From: an uncultured Gemmatimonadales bacterium
Lineage (GTDB): Bacteria; Gemmatimonadota; Gemmatimonadetes; Longimicrobiales; Gaopeijiaceae
NCBI GenBank assembly: GCA_963809895.1
Contig: CAWELD010000006.1
Coordinates: forward strand, 1 to 38,900
Length of the DNA stretch: 38,900 bases
Direction of reading: 5' to 3'
Numbering within the stretch: the first letter of the stretch is position 1; the number at the start of each line of letters is the position of its first letter. Shown here piece after piece: positions 19,862-28,887 of the stretch. The position numbers and the translations under genes were made by a program. The notes below the pieces were generated by a model. It searched no databases. It was not told the DNA's origin and saw only the letters and a list, made by a program, of their open reading frames with translations.

Positions 19862-22291
19862 TCAGCGGCGCAGCGCGTCGGCGGGATCGACCCGTGTCGC
19901 TTTCCGGGCCGCCAGCAGGGCCGCCAGCGATACGAGCCCCAGCGTCGTGAGCGTGACCCAGAACAGCGACTGCGGGTCCCAGGGCTCCACCTCGAAGAGC
20001 AGCTCCGCGACCGAGCGCCCCAGAACCACGGCGCCCACCAGTCCGAGCCCGACGCCGATGGCCGCCGGAGCGACCGTCTGAGCCAGAACGCGGCGCATGA
20101 TGGCCACCGGCACGTCGCCGAGTGCCAGGCGCAGCCCGAATTCCGAGGATCGCCGTCCGACCACGTACGAGGCCATGCCGAAGACGCCGGCCGCGGCGAG
20201 GCACAGTCCCCCGCCCCCGAAGAGGAGCAAGACGAGGCTCCCGAACCGCGCCCGTGCCGTGGCCGCCCCGAGGACGGCCGGGCCATCCATGGGCCGGAAC
20301 ACGACCGCCCTCGGCTCCATGGCGCGAAGCGAGCGGGCGAGCTCACCCAGCACCTGGCCGGGACGGCCCGGCGTGCGCACGACCAGAGTCATGGTGGCGA
20401 GATACGCCTCGTCCGTCTGCGCGGCCGGCAGGTACATCGCGGGACTCGGGGCCACCCCCAGATCGCTCGCGCCGCGCACTTCGCCCACGATGCCTACCAC
20501 CTGAAGCCAGGGGCGGTCCGGATCGTCGTAGGCACCCCGCTTGAGACGCTTGCCGATGGCGTCTTCGCCGGGCCAGTAGGCGTCGGCCAGTGACTGGCTG
20601 ACAATGACCACAGGCGTTCCATCCAGGCGATCGACGGGAGTGAAGGCTCGTCCCCGCAGGACCGGGATGCCCGTCGCGTCGAAGAAGCCGGGCGTGACCA
20701 CGCGACCGACGGCCAACCGGGTGGCGTTTTGCGTCTCGGGCGGTAGATCCTCGACCGAGTGGACGTAGACCGATTCTCCGTCGAGCACGGGGAAGTCCGA
20801 GGCCGCGCCGGCGGCGGACACGCCGGGGGTTGCCTTCGCCCGCTCCAGGATCCTGCCGATGAAGGCGATCCGCCCGTCGTGGGTGTCCTGGAGCCGTGGC
20901 GGCGCCTGGACGCGAATCGTCGCGAGCCGGTCTATCTCCATGCCTGTATCCACGGACAGGAGGTTGGACAGACTCCTCGTCAGGACGCTGGCCGCGAGGA
21001 AGAGGACGACGGCCACCGCCACCTGGCCGCCCACGAAGGCGCCCTGAAGTCGGGCACCCTGGCGGCTGGGGCCGCGACTCCGTCTGCCGCCGGCGAGAAT
21101 GGACACCCCCGAACGCGCGGCCAACCCCGATGGGATCGCGAGAAGTACCGTGGCGGACAGCCAGACCACGAGGTCCACGACCATGGCCGCGCCTGAGAGA
21201 TGCACGGCCTGGAAGACGGGATCGTAGGCCGAGAGCAGTCGGACGGCCCACGGAAGGAGGAGCTGCGCGAGCAGCAGGCCGGCTCCCACGCCTGCACCCA
21301 CGATCACCGTGTTACCCAGCAGGGCTTGCCGCACGATGCGGGCGTGCGACGCTCCCAGCGCGATTTCGACGGCGGTGTCCGAGCGACCGGCGAATTGGCG
21401 AACCGCCACCAGGCTAACGGCGTTCGTCACTGCGATGAGAAGGACCAGAAGGCTCGCCGCCAGGGTGGTCCAGAGCGTCTTCGCGTAGGTGCCGACCACG
21501 GTGTCGCGGAAGGGCAGCGCTTCCAGCGACTCTCCCTGGTAGATGTCGGGATAGCTCTTCTCCAGCTCCCCGGCGACGGCCGCCAGTTGATTCGTCACGT
21601 CGCTCGGGGTCCGACTTTCCACTCGGCGCCCCACCACCTGCAGGAATCCGCGGATCAGCCGTTCTCGCTCCGAGAGCTCCCGCCAGTCCATCGCCATCCA
21701 GAGCCGCGCCCCAAGGGGATAGGCCCTGCGGTCGGGGACCACGCCCACGATGGTCGATGTCGCGCCGCGGATCTCGATTGTCTGGCCGACGGCCTCCGAC
21801 GCCTGCCCGAACAACTGGATTGCCAGCGAGGTGGAGACCAGCGCGGTACGGCGTCCGGCTCGCGCATCCCCGTCCTGGAGGTCCCGGCCGAATGAAGGTG
21901 AGACTCCCAGAGCCGAGAAGCTGCCCGGGATGGCCACGGCCCCGGGTACCCGAACGGTCTCCCCGTCGCGGTAGAGGTCCAGATCGCGAGCGGCGAACGC
22001 CCCCAGCCGCGGGAGGGCCTCGACCGCTTCGAGGACCCGACTGTACGCAGCCCACGTGAGGTTGAAGTGCCGGGACGGATCCGACCGGTCCCGCTCGTAG
22101 CCGTAGATGCGGTAGAGCTGCCCGGGCCGGTCGAAGGGGATCGAATCGGCCAGCACCGACTCGAGCACACTGGCCACGGTTGTCACGACGCCGGTCCCGA
22201 GGGCGAGGCAGGAGCACACGAGGAGCGTCGTCTCCCGGGGGCGAAGCGCCCGACGGATTGCGATGCGCAGGTCGCGCATGAGCCCGCTCAC
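19862..22291 (-). CDS. ADOP-type duplicated ABC permease
   Basis: GTG overlaps the MOSC stop. MRDLRIAIRR...LALGTG, VTPGFFDATGIPVLRGRAF, RRSSEFGLRLALG, RVDPADALR. Confidence 0.92.
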   Translation of the reverse strand: MSGLMRDLRIAIRRALRPRETTLLVCSCLALGTGVVTTVASVLESVLADSIPFDRPGQLYRIYGYERDRSDPSRHFNLTWAAYSRVLEAVEALPRLGAFAARDLDLYRDGETVRVPGAVAIPGSFSALGVSPSFGRDLQDGDARAGRRTALVSTSLAIQLFGQASEAVGQTIEIRGATSTIVGVVPDRRAYPLGARLWMAMDWRELSERERLIRGFLQVVGRRVESRTPSDVTNQLAAVAGELEKSYPDIYQGESLEALPFRDTVVGTYAKTLWTTLAASLLVLLIAVTNAVSLVAVRQFAGRSDTAVEIALGASHARIVRQALLGNTVIVGAGVGAGLLLAQLLLPWAVRLLSAYDPVFQAVHLSGAAMVVDLVVWLSATVLLAIPSGLAARSGVSILAGGRRSRGPSRQGARLQGAFVGGQVAVAVVLFLAASVLTRSLSNLLSVDTGMEIDRLATIRVQAPPRLQDTHDGRIAFIGRILERAKATPGVSAAGAASDFPVLDGESVYVHSVEDLPPETQNATRLAVGRVVTPGFFDATGIPVLRGRAFTPVDRLDGTPVVIVSQSLADAYWPGEDAIGKRLKRGAYDDPDRPWLQVVGIVGEVRGASDLGVAPSPAMYLPAAQTDEAYLATMTLVVRTPGRPGQVLGELARSLRAMEPRAVVFRPMDGPAVLGAATARARFGSLVLLLFGGGGLCLAAAGVFGMASYVVGRRSSEFGLRLALGDVPVAIMRRVLAQTVAPAAIGVGLGLVGAVVLGRSVAELLFEVEPWDPQSLFWVTLTTLGLVSLAALLAARKATRVDPADALRR

Positions 22292-22905
22292 GTTCCTCCC
22301 TGTCTCGACGGAGATGACTGTGAGCGACACGCCCCGTCCCACCGCCGCTGCCTCGGCACCCGCACCATGACCCGCTCGCCCGCCGACAGGTAGCCCGGGC
22401 GCTCCACGCAGCACACGATACCCCGGCGGTGCAACGCCGCCCGCGGAAACCCCGACACGGCCGACTCGACGCCCGTGTGTGCGGCGATGGCCTCGCCGGC
22501 CCAGCGGCACGGCAGGTTCTCGCCCTGCACCACCAGGACGGCGTTCTGCCGGGCGAATACCAGGCGCGTGCCCGGCGGCAGGAGGGTCAGCCGCGGTACG
22601 CCGGATAGCTCGATGTTGGCGCCGATCCAGGCGGGATCGAGGGCGTCCAGGCCCATGGCCTCCGCGATCTCGTCCAGCTCTCCGCGTGACACCACGCTGA
22701 CCTCGCGGTCGTTCCTGAGCTCGGTGCCCCGCGGGTAGTCCGGGTCTCGGGCGTTGGCCAGGCGAGTCATGCCCTCGTGCCGGTCGCCGCGCACGCCGCC
22801 GAAGCGGAGCTGGATGCTGTCGCGGGCGTGCGTCACCAGGGAGTCGCCATCCGCGCCGACCCACACTCCCTCCACCCGTCCTTCCACCTCGGCCTCGAAC
22901 CGCAT
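22288..22905 (-). CDS. MOSC domain protein
   Basis: GVRGDRHEG...RNDREVSVVS...IGANIELSG...GENLPCRWAG...RRGIVCCVERPG. Confidence 0.88.
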   Translation of the reverse strand: MRFEAEVEGRVEGVWVGADGDSLVTHARDSIQLRFGGVRGDRHEGMTRLANARDPDYPRGTELRNDREVSVVSRGELDEIAEAMGLDALDPAWIGANIELSGVPRLTLLPPGTRLVFARQNAVLVVQGENLPCRWAGEAIAAHTGVESAVSGFPRAALHRRGIVCCVERPGYLSAGERVMVRVPRQRRWDGACRSQSSPSRQGGT

Positions 22906-22949
22906 GGGACTCCGCTCCTCGCTCGGGGGCCGCGCCGCCCGGGATTGGT

Positions 22950-22979
22950 TTGACAGGAAGCCGCGCCGCGCAGTATACT
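22950..22979 (+). promoter_or_regulatory. Sigma70-type promoter
   Basis: TTGACA (22950-22955), 18-bp spacer, TATACT (22974-22979), upstream of the MBL operon. Confidence 0.75.
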
Positions 22980-23010
22980 AACCGACATAACTAGAGTTTG
23001 CTAGTGTTAT
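22978..23010. repeat. Conserved intergenic element copy 3, covering the -10/+1 region
   Basis: 24/33 identical to 13008-13040 (CTAACCG..ATA.CTAG.GTT.G...GTGT.AT). Confidence 0.65.
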
Positions 23011-23046
23011 TGTTTCGCCCCTCGAAACCCGGAGAAGGAGCGTGTC

Positions 23047-23889
23047 ATGAATGCCTCCGTATCCCGCCGCTTCCGCTGGATCGGCGGTCCGACGTTCGAG
23101 CTCACGCTCGGGCGCTTCCGTCTGCTCAGCGATCCGGTGTTCGGCTCCGGTGCGGCGGCCTTCTTCATGAACGGCCATCCCTCGACGGGTGAGGAGCGGG
23201 CCGCCATCGCCCGGGCGGGGGCGCTCCCCGACGTCCGGGTCGAGGGGCTGGACCTGGTGCTGGTGAGCCACCTGCACAGCGATCACTTCGATCCGGTCGC
23301 CCGCGAGCTGCTGCCCCACTCGACGCCGGTGGTGGCCCCGTCGCCCCAGACGGGCCGCATCCGCCAGTGGGGCTTCGGGTCCGTGCGCGGTCTGGGGTGG
23401 GGGGATGCCTGGTCGGCGGAGCGGAGCGGGGAGCGGCTGGAGATCGTGGCCGTGCCGGCGCGCCACGCGGCGGATGACGCCACCAACGAGATGCTGGGGG
23501 TCGTGAACGGCTACGTCATCACGCACCTGACCGACGCCGGGCGCTACAGCCTCTACTGGACCGGCGACACGGTGTGGTTCGACGGCCTGGAGGAGATCCG
23601 TCGGACAACCGGGGATCACGACCTCCTCATCCCCCATGTCGGCGCCGTGGGCCGCGGGGGACCCTGGGGGCGCATGACCCTGGACGCCGTCGAAGGCGCT
23701 CGCCTCATGCGGCTGTTCCGGGGCGCGCGCACCATCCCCGTTCATCACCACACCTTCTCGCATTACGTCGAGCCGGTGGAGGCCCTGGTGGCGGAGCTGG
23801 AGGGCACCCCCTGCGCGGCCCGGCTGAAGGTGCTGGCCGAGGGCGAGTCCGCGGCGCTGGAGGCGTCCGTGGCCCAGGAGCGCCGGTGA
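23047..23889 (+). CDS. MBL-fold metallo-hydrolase
   Basis: WIGGPTF...LLSDP, SHLHSDH, PARH, YWTGD and PVHH motifs. AAGGAG RBS. Confidence 0.92.
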   Translation: MNASVSRRFRWIGGPTFELTLGRFRLLSDPVFGSGAAAFFMNGHPSTGEERAAIARAGALPDVRVEGLDLVLVSHLHSDHFDPVARELLPHSTPVVAPSPQTGRIRQWGFGSVRGLGWGDAWSAERSGERLEIVAVPARHAADDATNEMLGVVNGYVITHLTDAGRYSLYWTGDTVWFDGLEEIRRTTGDHDLLIPHVGAVGRGGPWGRMTLDAVEGARLMRLFRGARTIPVHHHTFSHYVEPVEALVAELEGTPCAARLKVLAEGESAALEASVAQERR

Positions 23890-25931
23890 GCGCCTCGGCG
23901 CTGCCGGTGGCCGTGGTGCAGTTGGCCACGGAGAGAGCCGCTGGCGTCGCAGGAGCCGATGGCGCCGATCCCCTGGCGACGTTCGACGAAGCCCTCGAGC
24001 GTGCGAAGGCCGCCGGCGCGTCGTTGGTCGTGTTCCCCGAGTTGGCCGACGTGCGTTACGATCTGGACGCGGCCGGGGTGAGGACCGCCGACGCCATGCG
24101 CCAGTGGCTCAGGGGCGTGCAGGCGAGCGCCCAGCGCCATGCGGTGGCCGTGGTGGTCGGGGGCGTCGAGGTGAGAGACGAGGGTCGCTACGATACCGCG
24201 TGGGTGGTGGACGCCCGGGGCCGCGTCGTGGACCGCTACCGCAAGATCCACCTCTTCGGCGGTGGGGCCCGGAGCGAGGCTGAAGTGTTCCGTGCCGGAC
24301 AGGAGCCGGTGATCTGCGACGTCGCCGGCATCCGCGTCGGGCTCCTGATCTGCTACGACCTGCGCTTTCCCGAGCACGCGCGCCGGCTTCGTGCCGCCGG
24401 GGCGGAACTGTTGGTCGCGTGCGCCGCATTTCCCCGGGAGCGGTCCGCGCACTGGACGCTCCTGCTCCAGGCCCGGGCGGTGGAGAACCAGTGCTACGTG
24501 GCCGCCGCCAACCTCGTGGGACCCGTGGAGGGCGCGGTGCTGTGCGGCCGAAGTGCCCTCGTCTCGCCCGACGGCGCGCTGCTGGCGGCCGCGGGCGACA
24601 AGGGACCCGAGTGCATCCAGGCCGTGGTCGATCTCCCGGCGCTCCACCGAGAGCGGGGGCGCTTTCCGGTCTGGTGGGACGCCGTCGTGCGTGAGAACGG
24701 GGTGGGCGAGGCCGCCGCGCGCGACGCCGCGACGGGCGACCTTCGGCCCGCGACGGCATCCCCCCGCCTCTCGACCTTGGCCGTGCACGCCGGCTCGGGC
24801 CAGGAAGCCGCCGGGGGACTCACCACCCCGATCTTCCGGAGCAGCATGTACCGCTACCGGGGCGAGTCCTACCACGAGCACGGCTACATCCGCCTCAGCA
24901 ACACTCCCAATCACGCGGCCGTGACCGAGAAGATCGCCCGTCTCGAAGAGGCCGAAGACGCGCTGGTCGCGGCCAGCGGCATGGCGGCCATCGCCACGAC
25001 GCTGTTCGCGCTGCTCGAGCCCGGTGACGCAGTGCTCACGCACCACACGCTCTACGGCGGCACCCTCGCCTTTCTCGGCAAGGAGGCGCGCCGTTTCGGC
25101 ATCGACCAGGTCACGGCCGACGCCACCGCGCCGGATGACTGGGAGCCACCGCCCAAACACGTGAGCATGGTCTACGTGGAGACCGTGTCCAATCCCCTGC
25201 TGGAGGTCGCCGATCTGGACGGCGTCATCGCCTACGCACGCCGGCACGGGCTGATCTGCGTCGTGGACAACACCTTCGCGAGTCCCGTGAACTGCCAGCC
25301 GGCGGCCCTCGGGGCCGATCTGGTCCTGGAGAGCTGCTCCAAGTACATGAACGGCCACTCGGACATCGTCGGGGGATCGGTGGCGGGCCGCGCGGTGCTC
25401 GTGGCCGAGGTCAAGCGGACGCTGGATCATCTGGGGGCGTGCATGGATCCCCAGGTGGCCTGGCTCCTGGAGCGCGGCCTCAAGACCCTGCCCGCGCGCA
25501 TGGCGCTCCACAACCAGGGGGCGGCGACCGTGGCGAACCGGCTGGCCGGGCTGCGGCACCCCCGGCTGGAGCGCGTGCGTTATCCCGGCCTGCCAGGCCA
25601 TCCCCAGGAAGCCCTCGCCCGACGACAGTTGCGGGGCTTCGGGGGAATGATCGCGCTGGATCTCGCGGGGGGCGACGAGGCGCCCGCCTTCGCCGATCGG
25701 TTCCTGGCCGCGCTGCGCACCTTCACCGTGGCCGTGAGTCTCGGGGGACCCGAGTCGCTGGCGATCCGACCCGGCGGCGCGGATGCCCGCAGGGGCGCGG
25801 ACGAGGCCTCACACGTGGGCTCGCGCGTCGGTGCGAACCTGGTGCGCCTGTCGGTGGGCCTCGAGGATCCCGAGGATCTCGTCCAGGACCTGCTTCAGGC
25901 GTTGGACGCGGCCGAGGATGACGGCCCGTGA
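23886..25931 (+). CDS. Fusion of a carbon-nitrogen hydrolase (nitrilase superfamily) and a Cys/Met metabolism PLP-dependent lyase/synthase
   Basis: GTG overlaps the MBL stop. Nitrilase triad VFPE / YRKIHLF / ICYDLRFPE, then STLAVHAG, ASGMAAI, ETVSNP, VDNTFASP, SCSKYMNGHSD (PLP Lys) and VRLSVGLED, all in one open frame. Confidence 0.85.
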   Translation: MSASALPVAVVQLATERAAGVAGADGADPLATFDEALERAKAAGASLVVFPELADVRYDLDAAGVRTADAMRQWLRGVQASAQRHAVAVVVGGVEVRDEGRYDTAWVVDARGRVVDRYRKIHLFGGGARSEAEVFRAGQEPVICDVAGIRVGLLICYDLRFPEHARRLRAAGAELLVACAAFPRERSAHWTLLLQARAVENQCYVAAANLVGPVEGAVLCGRSALVSPDGALLAAAGDKGPECIQAVVDLPALHRERGRFPVWWDAVVRENGVGEAAARDAATGDLRPATASPRLSTLAVHAGSGQEAAGGLTTPIFRSSMYRYRGESYHEHGYIRLSNTPNHAAVTEKIARLEEAEDALVAASGMAAIATTLFALLEPGDAVLTHHTLYGGTLAFLGKEARRFGIDQVTADATAPDDWEPPPKHVSMVYVETVSNPLLEVADLDGVIAYARRHGLICVVDNTFASPVNCQPAALGADLVLESCSKYMNGHSDIVGGSVAGRAVLVAEVKRTLDHLGACMDPQVAWLLERGLKTLPARMALHNQGAATVANRLAGLRHPRLERVRYPGLPGHPQEALARRQLRGFGGMIALDLAGGDEAPAFADRFLAALRTFTVAVSLGGPESLAIRPGGADARRGADEASHVGSRVGANLVRLSVGLEDPEDLVQDLLQALDAAEDDGP

Positions 25932-26656
25932 GCTCCGTCCCGGTCCGGATCGTGGTCCTGGGGGATTTCCGCTCCGACTTCGAGCCCCACGCGGCGACGG
26001 GCGCCGCATTCCGCCACGCCGGGGAGCGACTGGGCCTCGACGTGCGCCTGGAATGGGTGGCTACGCCGGACATCCGCGAGCGCCTGGCCGCCACCCTGCA
26101 GGAGGCGCAGGGCTTCCTGATCGCGCCGGGATCCCCCTACCGCGACCTGGCCGGGATGCTGGCGGGGATCGGCTACGCGCGGCGCTCGGGACGCCCCGTG
26201 CTCGGCAACTGCGCGGGCTTCCAGCACATGGTCCTGGAATACGCCCGCGAGGTGCTGGGGATCGCCGACGCCGGTTCGGAGGAGTACGGACCCGTGCCCG
26301 GAACCTCGGTCATCACGCCCCTGACCTGCTCGGTGGCCGGCCGGCGCATGCCCGTGCACCTGGTGCCCGGCTCCCGGGTTGCGCGGATCTACGACAGCGA
26401 CCAGGCGGACGAGCGCTACTACTGCCAGTTCGGAATCGCCCCCGACCTCGTCGAGCGCATCGACGCCGCGGGCTTCCGGGTCAGCGGGCGGGACGAGGGC
26501 GGCGAGCCCCGGGTGCTGGAGCTCGAGGGACATCCGTTCTACCTCGCGACCCTGTACGTGCCACAGGTGCTGTCCACGCCGGCCGGGCCTCATCCGCTGG
26601 TGGTGGCCTTCGTCCAAGCCAGCGCCGAGTGGCGTGGACGCCCGGGAACCGACTAA
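25928..26656 (+). CDS. Stand-alone CTP-synthase C-terminal-like glutamine amidotransferase domain protein
   Basis: PGSPY, PVLGNCAGFQHMVLEYAR, ERYYCQFG and HPFYLATLYVPQ. There is no synthetase domain, so this is not pyrG. Confidence 0.85.
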   Translation: MSSVPVRIVVLGDFRSDFEPHAATGAAFRHAGERLGLDVRLEWVATPDIRERLAATLQEAQGFLIAPGSPYRDLAGMLAGIGYARRSGRPVLGNCAGFQHMVLEYAREVLGIADAGSEEYGPVPGTSVITPLTCSVAGRRMPVHLVPGSRVARIYDSDQADERYYCQFGIAPDLVERIDAAGFRVSGRDEGGEPRVLELEGHPFYLATLYVPQVLSTPAGPHPLVVAFVQASAEWRGRPGTD

Positions 26657-26735
26657 CCACCAAGACGGTATGGAGCCCAGGCTGGCCCGCGACACGCGTG
26701 GGTCGAGTGATTCTCCAACGCGCGGAGCGCGGACC

Positions 26736-27332
26736 GTGTCCTCCTCTCCCTTCATCTTCGACGGCGGCAACCTCGCCCTCGACTTCGTGAACACCCGGCC
26801 CATGTCCGACGGCGCGCGGGTGGAGAGGCTGTCCGAGCCCGGGGATCTGGACGCCTGGTTCTCCGAGGCCGGGGTGCACCCCGAGGGGACCGTCACCGAC
26901 CTCAGCGCCCGCCTCCAGGAACGGCTGCTGGTGGACGCCCACGCCCTGCGGACCGCCCTCGAGACGTGCGCCGAGGCGCTGCGAGCCGAAGCGCCGGCGC
27001 CGCAGGCGGCCGTGGAGACCATCAACGGCATCCTCGCCACCGACCCGCACAGCATCGCCCTCCAGATCGACGGCCCCAGCTTCGAGCGCGTCGAGGTGCC
27101 TCATCCCGTGGAGACGTCGGCGCTGCTGGCACCCGTGGCGCGGGCGGCGGTCGAGCTCCTAACCACGGCCGCGCCGGACCGCGTCGATCAGTGCGACGAT
27201 CCCGAGTGCGTGCTCTGGTACCTCGACACCACACGCAACGGCCGCCGCCGCTGGTGCTCCATGAACCGATGCGGGAACCGGGCCAAGGTCGCCGCCCACT
27301 ACCGCCGCACCAAGGCGCGGGAGAGGGAGTAG
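26736..27332 (+). CDS. ABATE / CGNR zinc-finger transcriptional regulator
   Basis: GGNLALDFVNT N-terminal motif and C-terminal CDDPECVLWYLDTTRNGRRRWCSMNRCGNRAKVAAH. Alternative ATG at 26670. Confidence 0.93.
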   Translation: MSSSPFIFDGGNLALDFVNTRPMSDGARVERLSEPGDLDAWFSEAGVHPEGTVTDLSARLQERLLVDAHALRTALETCAEALRAEAPAPQAAVETINGILATDPHSIALQIDGPSFERVEVPHPVETSALLAPVARAAVELLTTAAPDRVDQCDDPECVLWYLDTTRNGRRRWCSMNRCGNRAKVAAHYRRTKARERE

Positions 27333-27434
27333 CGCGGCGGGGTCTTGCGCTGTTGCCCGTGACCGAACGAATGGTGGCGAGGGTGGCCGCTCGCCGCCTG
27401 CGCTGGCGTCGCGCCTCAGCCCCCCACCCGCCAG

Positions 27435-28877
27435 TCATTCACCGCCACATCCCGCGCCTCCAACACCCGCCGCCCTCAGCGAATCCAACTGCCCCCGCCG
27501 AAACAGCCGCCCCCGGCTCACCACGGCCTCGATCCGGCGCGTGTTGGCGATGTCCTGGGTGGGGTCGGCGGAAAGAAGGACCAGGTCGGCCTGCTTGCCG
27601 CGGGCGATGGTGCCGACGCTGTCGGCCAGGCCCAGGAGGCCGGCCGCCCGGCTGGTGGCGGCCTGGATGGCCTCCCCCGGGCTCATGCCGAGGTCGCGCA
27701 CGAAGAGCTGGAGCTCGTCGTGGAGGCTGGCGCCGGGATAGATGCCGATCACGGCCACGTCGGTGCCGGGCAGGATGGTGACGCCGGCCTGGCGCATCTC
27801 GCGCAGGTTGCGGAGGGTGCTCCGGTGGACGGCCTCCCAGTCGGGGCCGCCCTCGCCACCCCGCTCGGCGAACTGCTCCTGCCAGTCGAGCTCGAGGTAG
27901 CGGGACAGGTAGGGGCGCTCGGGCCAGCGCTCGCCCAGGGTGTCGGCCATCTCGGCCTCGAGGGTGGAGTCGGCGGCCAGGACCGAGAGATCCCAGGTGA
28001 CGAGGGTGGGCACGATGACGGTGCCCGAGTCCGCCATCTCCCGGAACATGGCCGCGCGCTCCGACGCGCTGGCCTCGTCGAACACGGGAAAGATGAAGTG
28101 CTCGATGCTCTTCTGTCCGGTGCGCACGACCGTGGGCAGGGGGATGCCGTAGGTGTGGCCCGCGACGTAGAGCCCCACCGAGTCGGCCTCGCTGACGATG
28201 GCCTGGTAGGTGGCGAGGCTCGACACCGTGCGGAACTTGATGAAGTCGACCCCGAGCGAGGCGATGGAGTCGACCACGGCCCGGGCGCGCTCGGGGCTCC
28301 CCACGGGGATGCGCGTGTGCTCCACGGGCTCCACCATCTCGCCCCGGGCCCGTGCGGCGCGCATGCGCTCGACGTTCTCCACGGACTCGATGTAGGGGCC
28401 CGCGGCCCGGATGCGGGGCCCCGCGCGCTCGCCCGCCCGGATCTCGTCCCGCCAGCGCTGGATCTCCTCCCAGTCGCCGCCGCAGTCCCGGACCGAGGTG
28501 ACGCCGTGGACGAGGAACTGGGCCAGCGCCGAGCCCCGGGTCTTGGACAGATGGACGTGCATGTCGATGAGGCCGGGCATGAGGTAACGGCCCCGGCCGT
28601 CGACGACCTCGGCGCCCCGGGGCACCGTGATCTCGCTCGCGGGCCCCATGTCGGCGATGGTGTCCCCCCGAACGATCACGGTCCAGTGCTCGCGGGTGGG
28701 CCCGCCGGTGCCGTCCACCACGCCCACGTCGGTGAAGGCGAGCACGTCGCCCTCGGCCGCGCCGGATCCGGCGCACGACGCCGTCGCCGCGCCGAAGAAC
28801 GCCAGCAGGGCCATCCCCCGAACCACGGGTAGGAACGTGCGCCTCGCTCTCGAGGACCTCGCTTTCGTCTGCGTCAT
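27435..28877 (-). CDS. Amidohydrolase family protein (imidazolonepropionase-like), probable lipoprotein
   Basis: LMPGLIDMHVH, GVTSVRDCG, ILPGTD, SLHDELQLFV and GTIARGKQADLVLL. Lipobox-like ATASC. Confidence 0.9.
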   Translation of the reverse strand: MTQTKARSSRARRTFLPVVRGMALLAFFGAATASCAGSGAAEGDVLAFTDVGVVDGTGGPTREHWTVIVRGDTIADMGPASEITVPRGAEVVDGRGRYLMPGLIDMHVHLSKTRGSALAQFLVHGVTSVRDCGGDWEEIQRWRDEIRAGERAGPRIRAAGPYIESVENVERMRAARARGEMVEPVEHTRIPVGSPERARAVVDSIASLGVDFIKFRTVSSLATYQAIVSEADSVGLYVAGHTYGIPLPTVVRTGQKSIEHFIFPVFDEASASERAAMFREMADSGTVIVPTLVTWDLSVLAADSTLEAEMADTLGERWPERPYLSRYLELDWQEQFAERGGEGGPDWEAVHRSTLRNLREMRQAGVTILPGTDVAVIGIYPGASLHDELQLFVRDLGMSPGEAIQAATSRAAGLLGLADSVGTIARGKQADLVLLSADPTQDIANTRRIEAVVSRGRLFRRGQLDSLRAAGVGGAGCGGE

Positions 28878-28887
28878 CGCGTCATCC

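Noticed and set aside
25928..26656. pyrG (CTP synthase)
   Set aside because: No N-terminal synthetase domain, and the catalytic His/Glu are absent.
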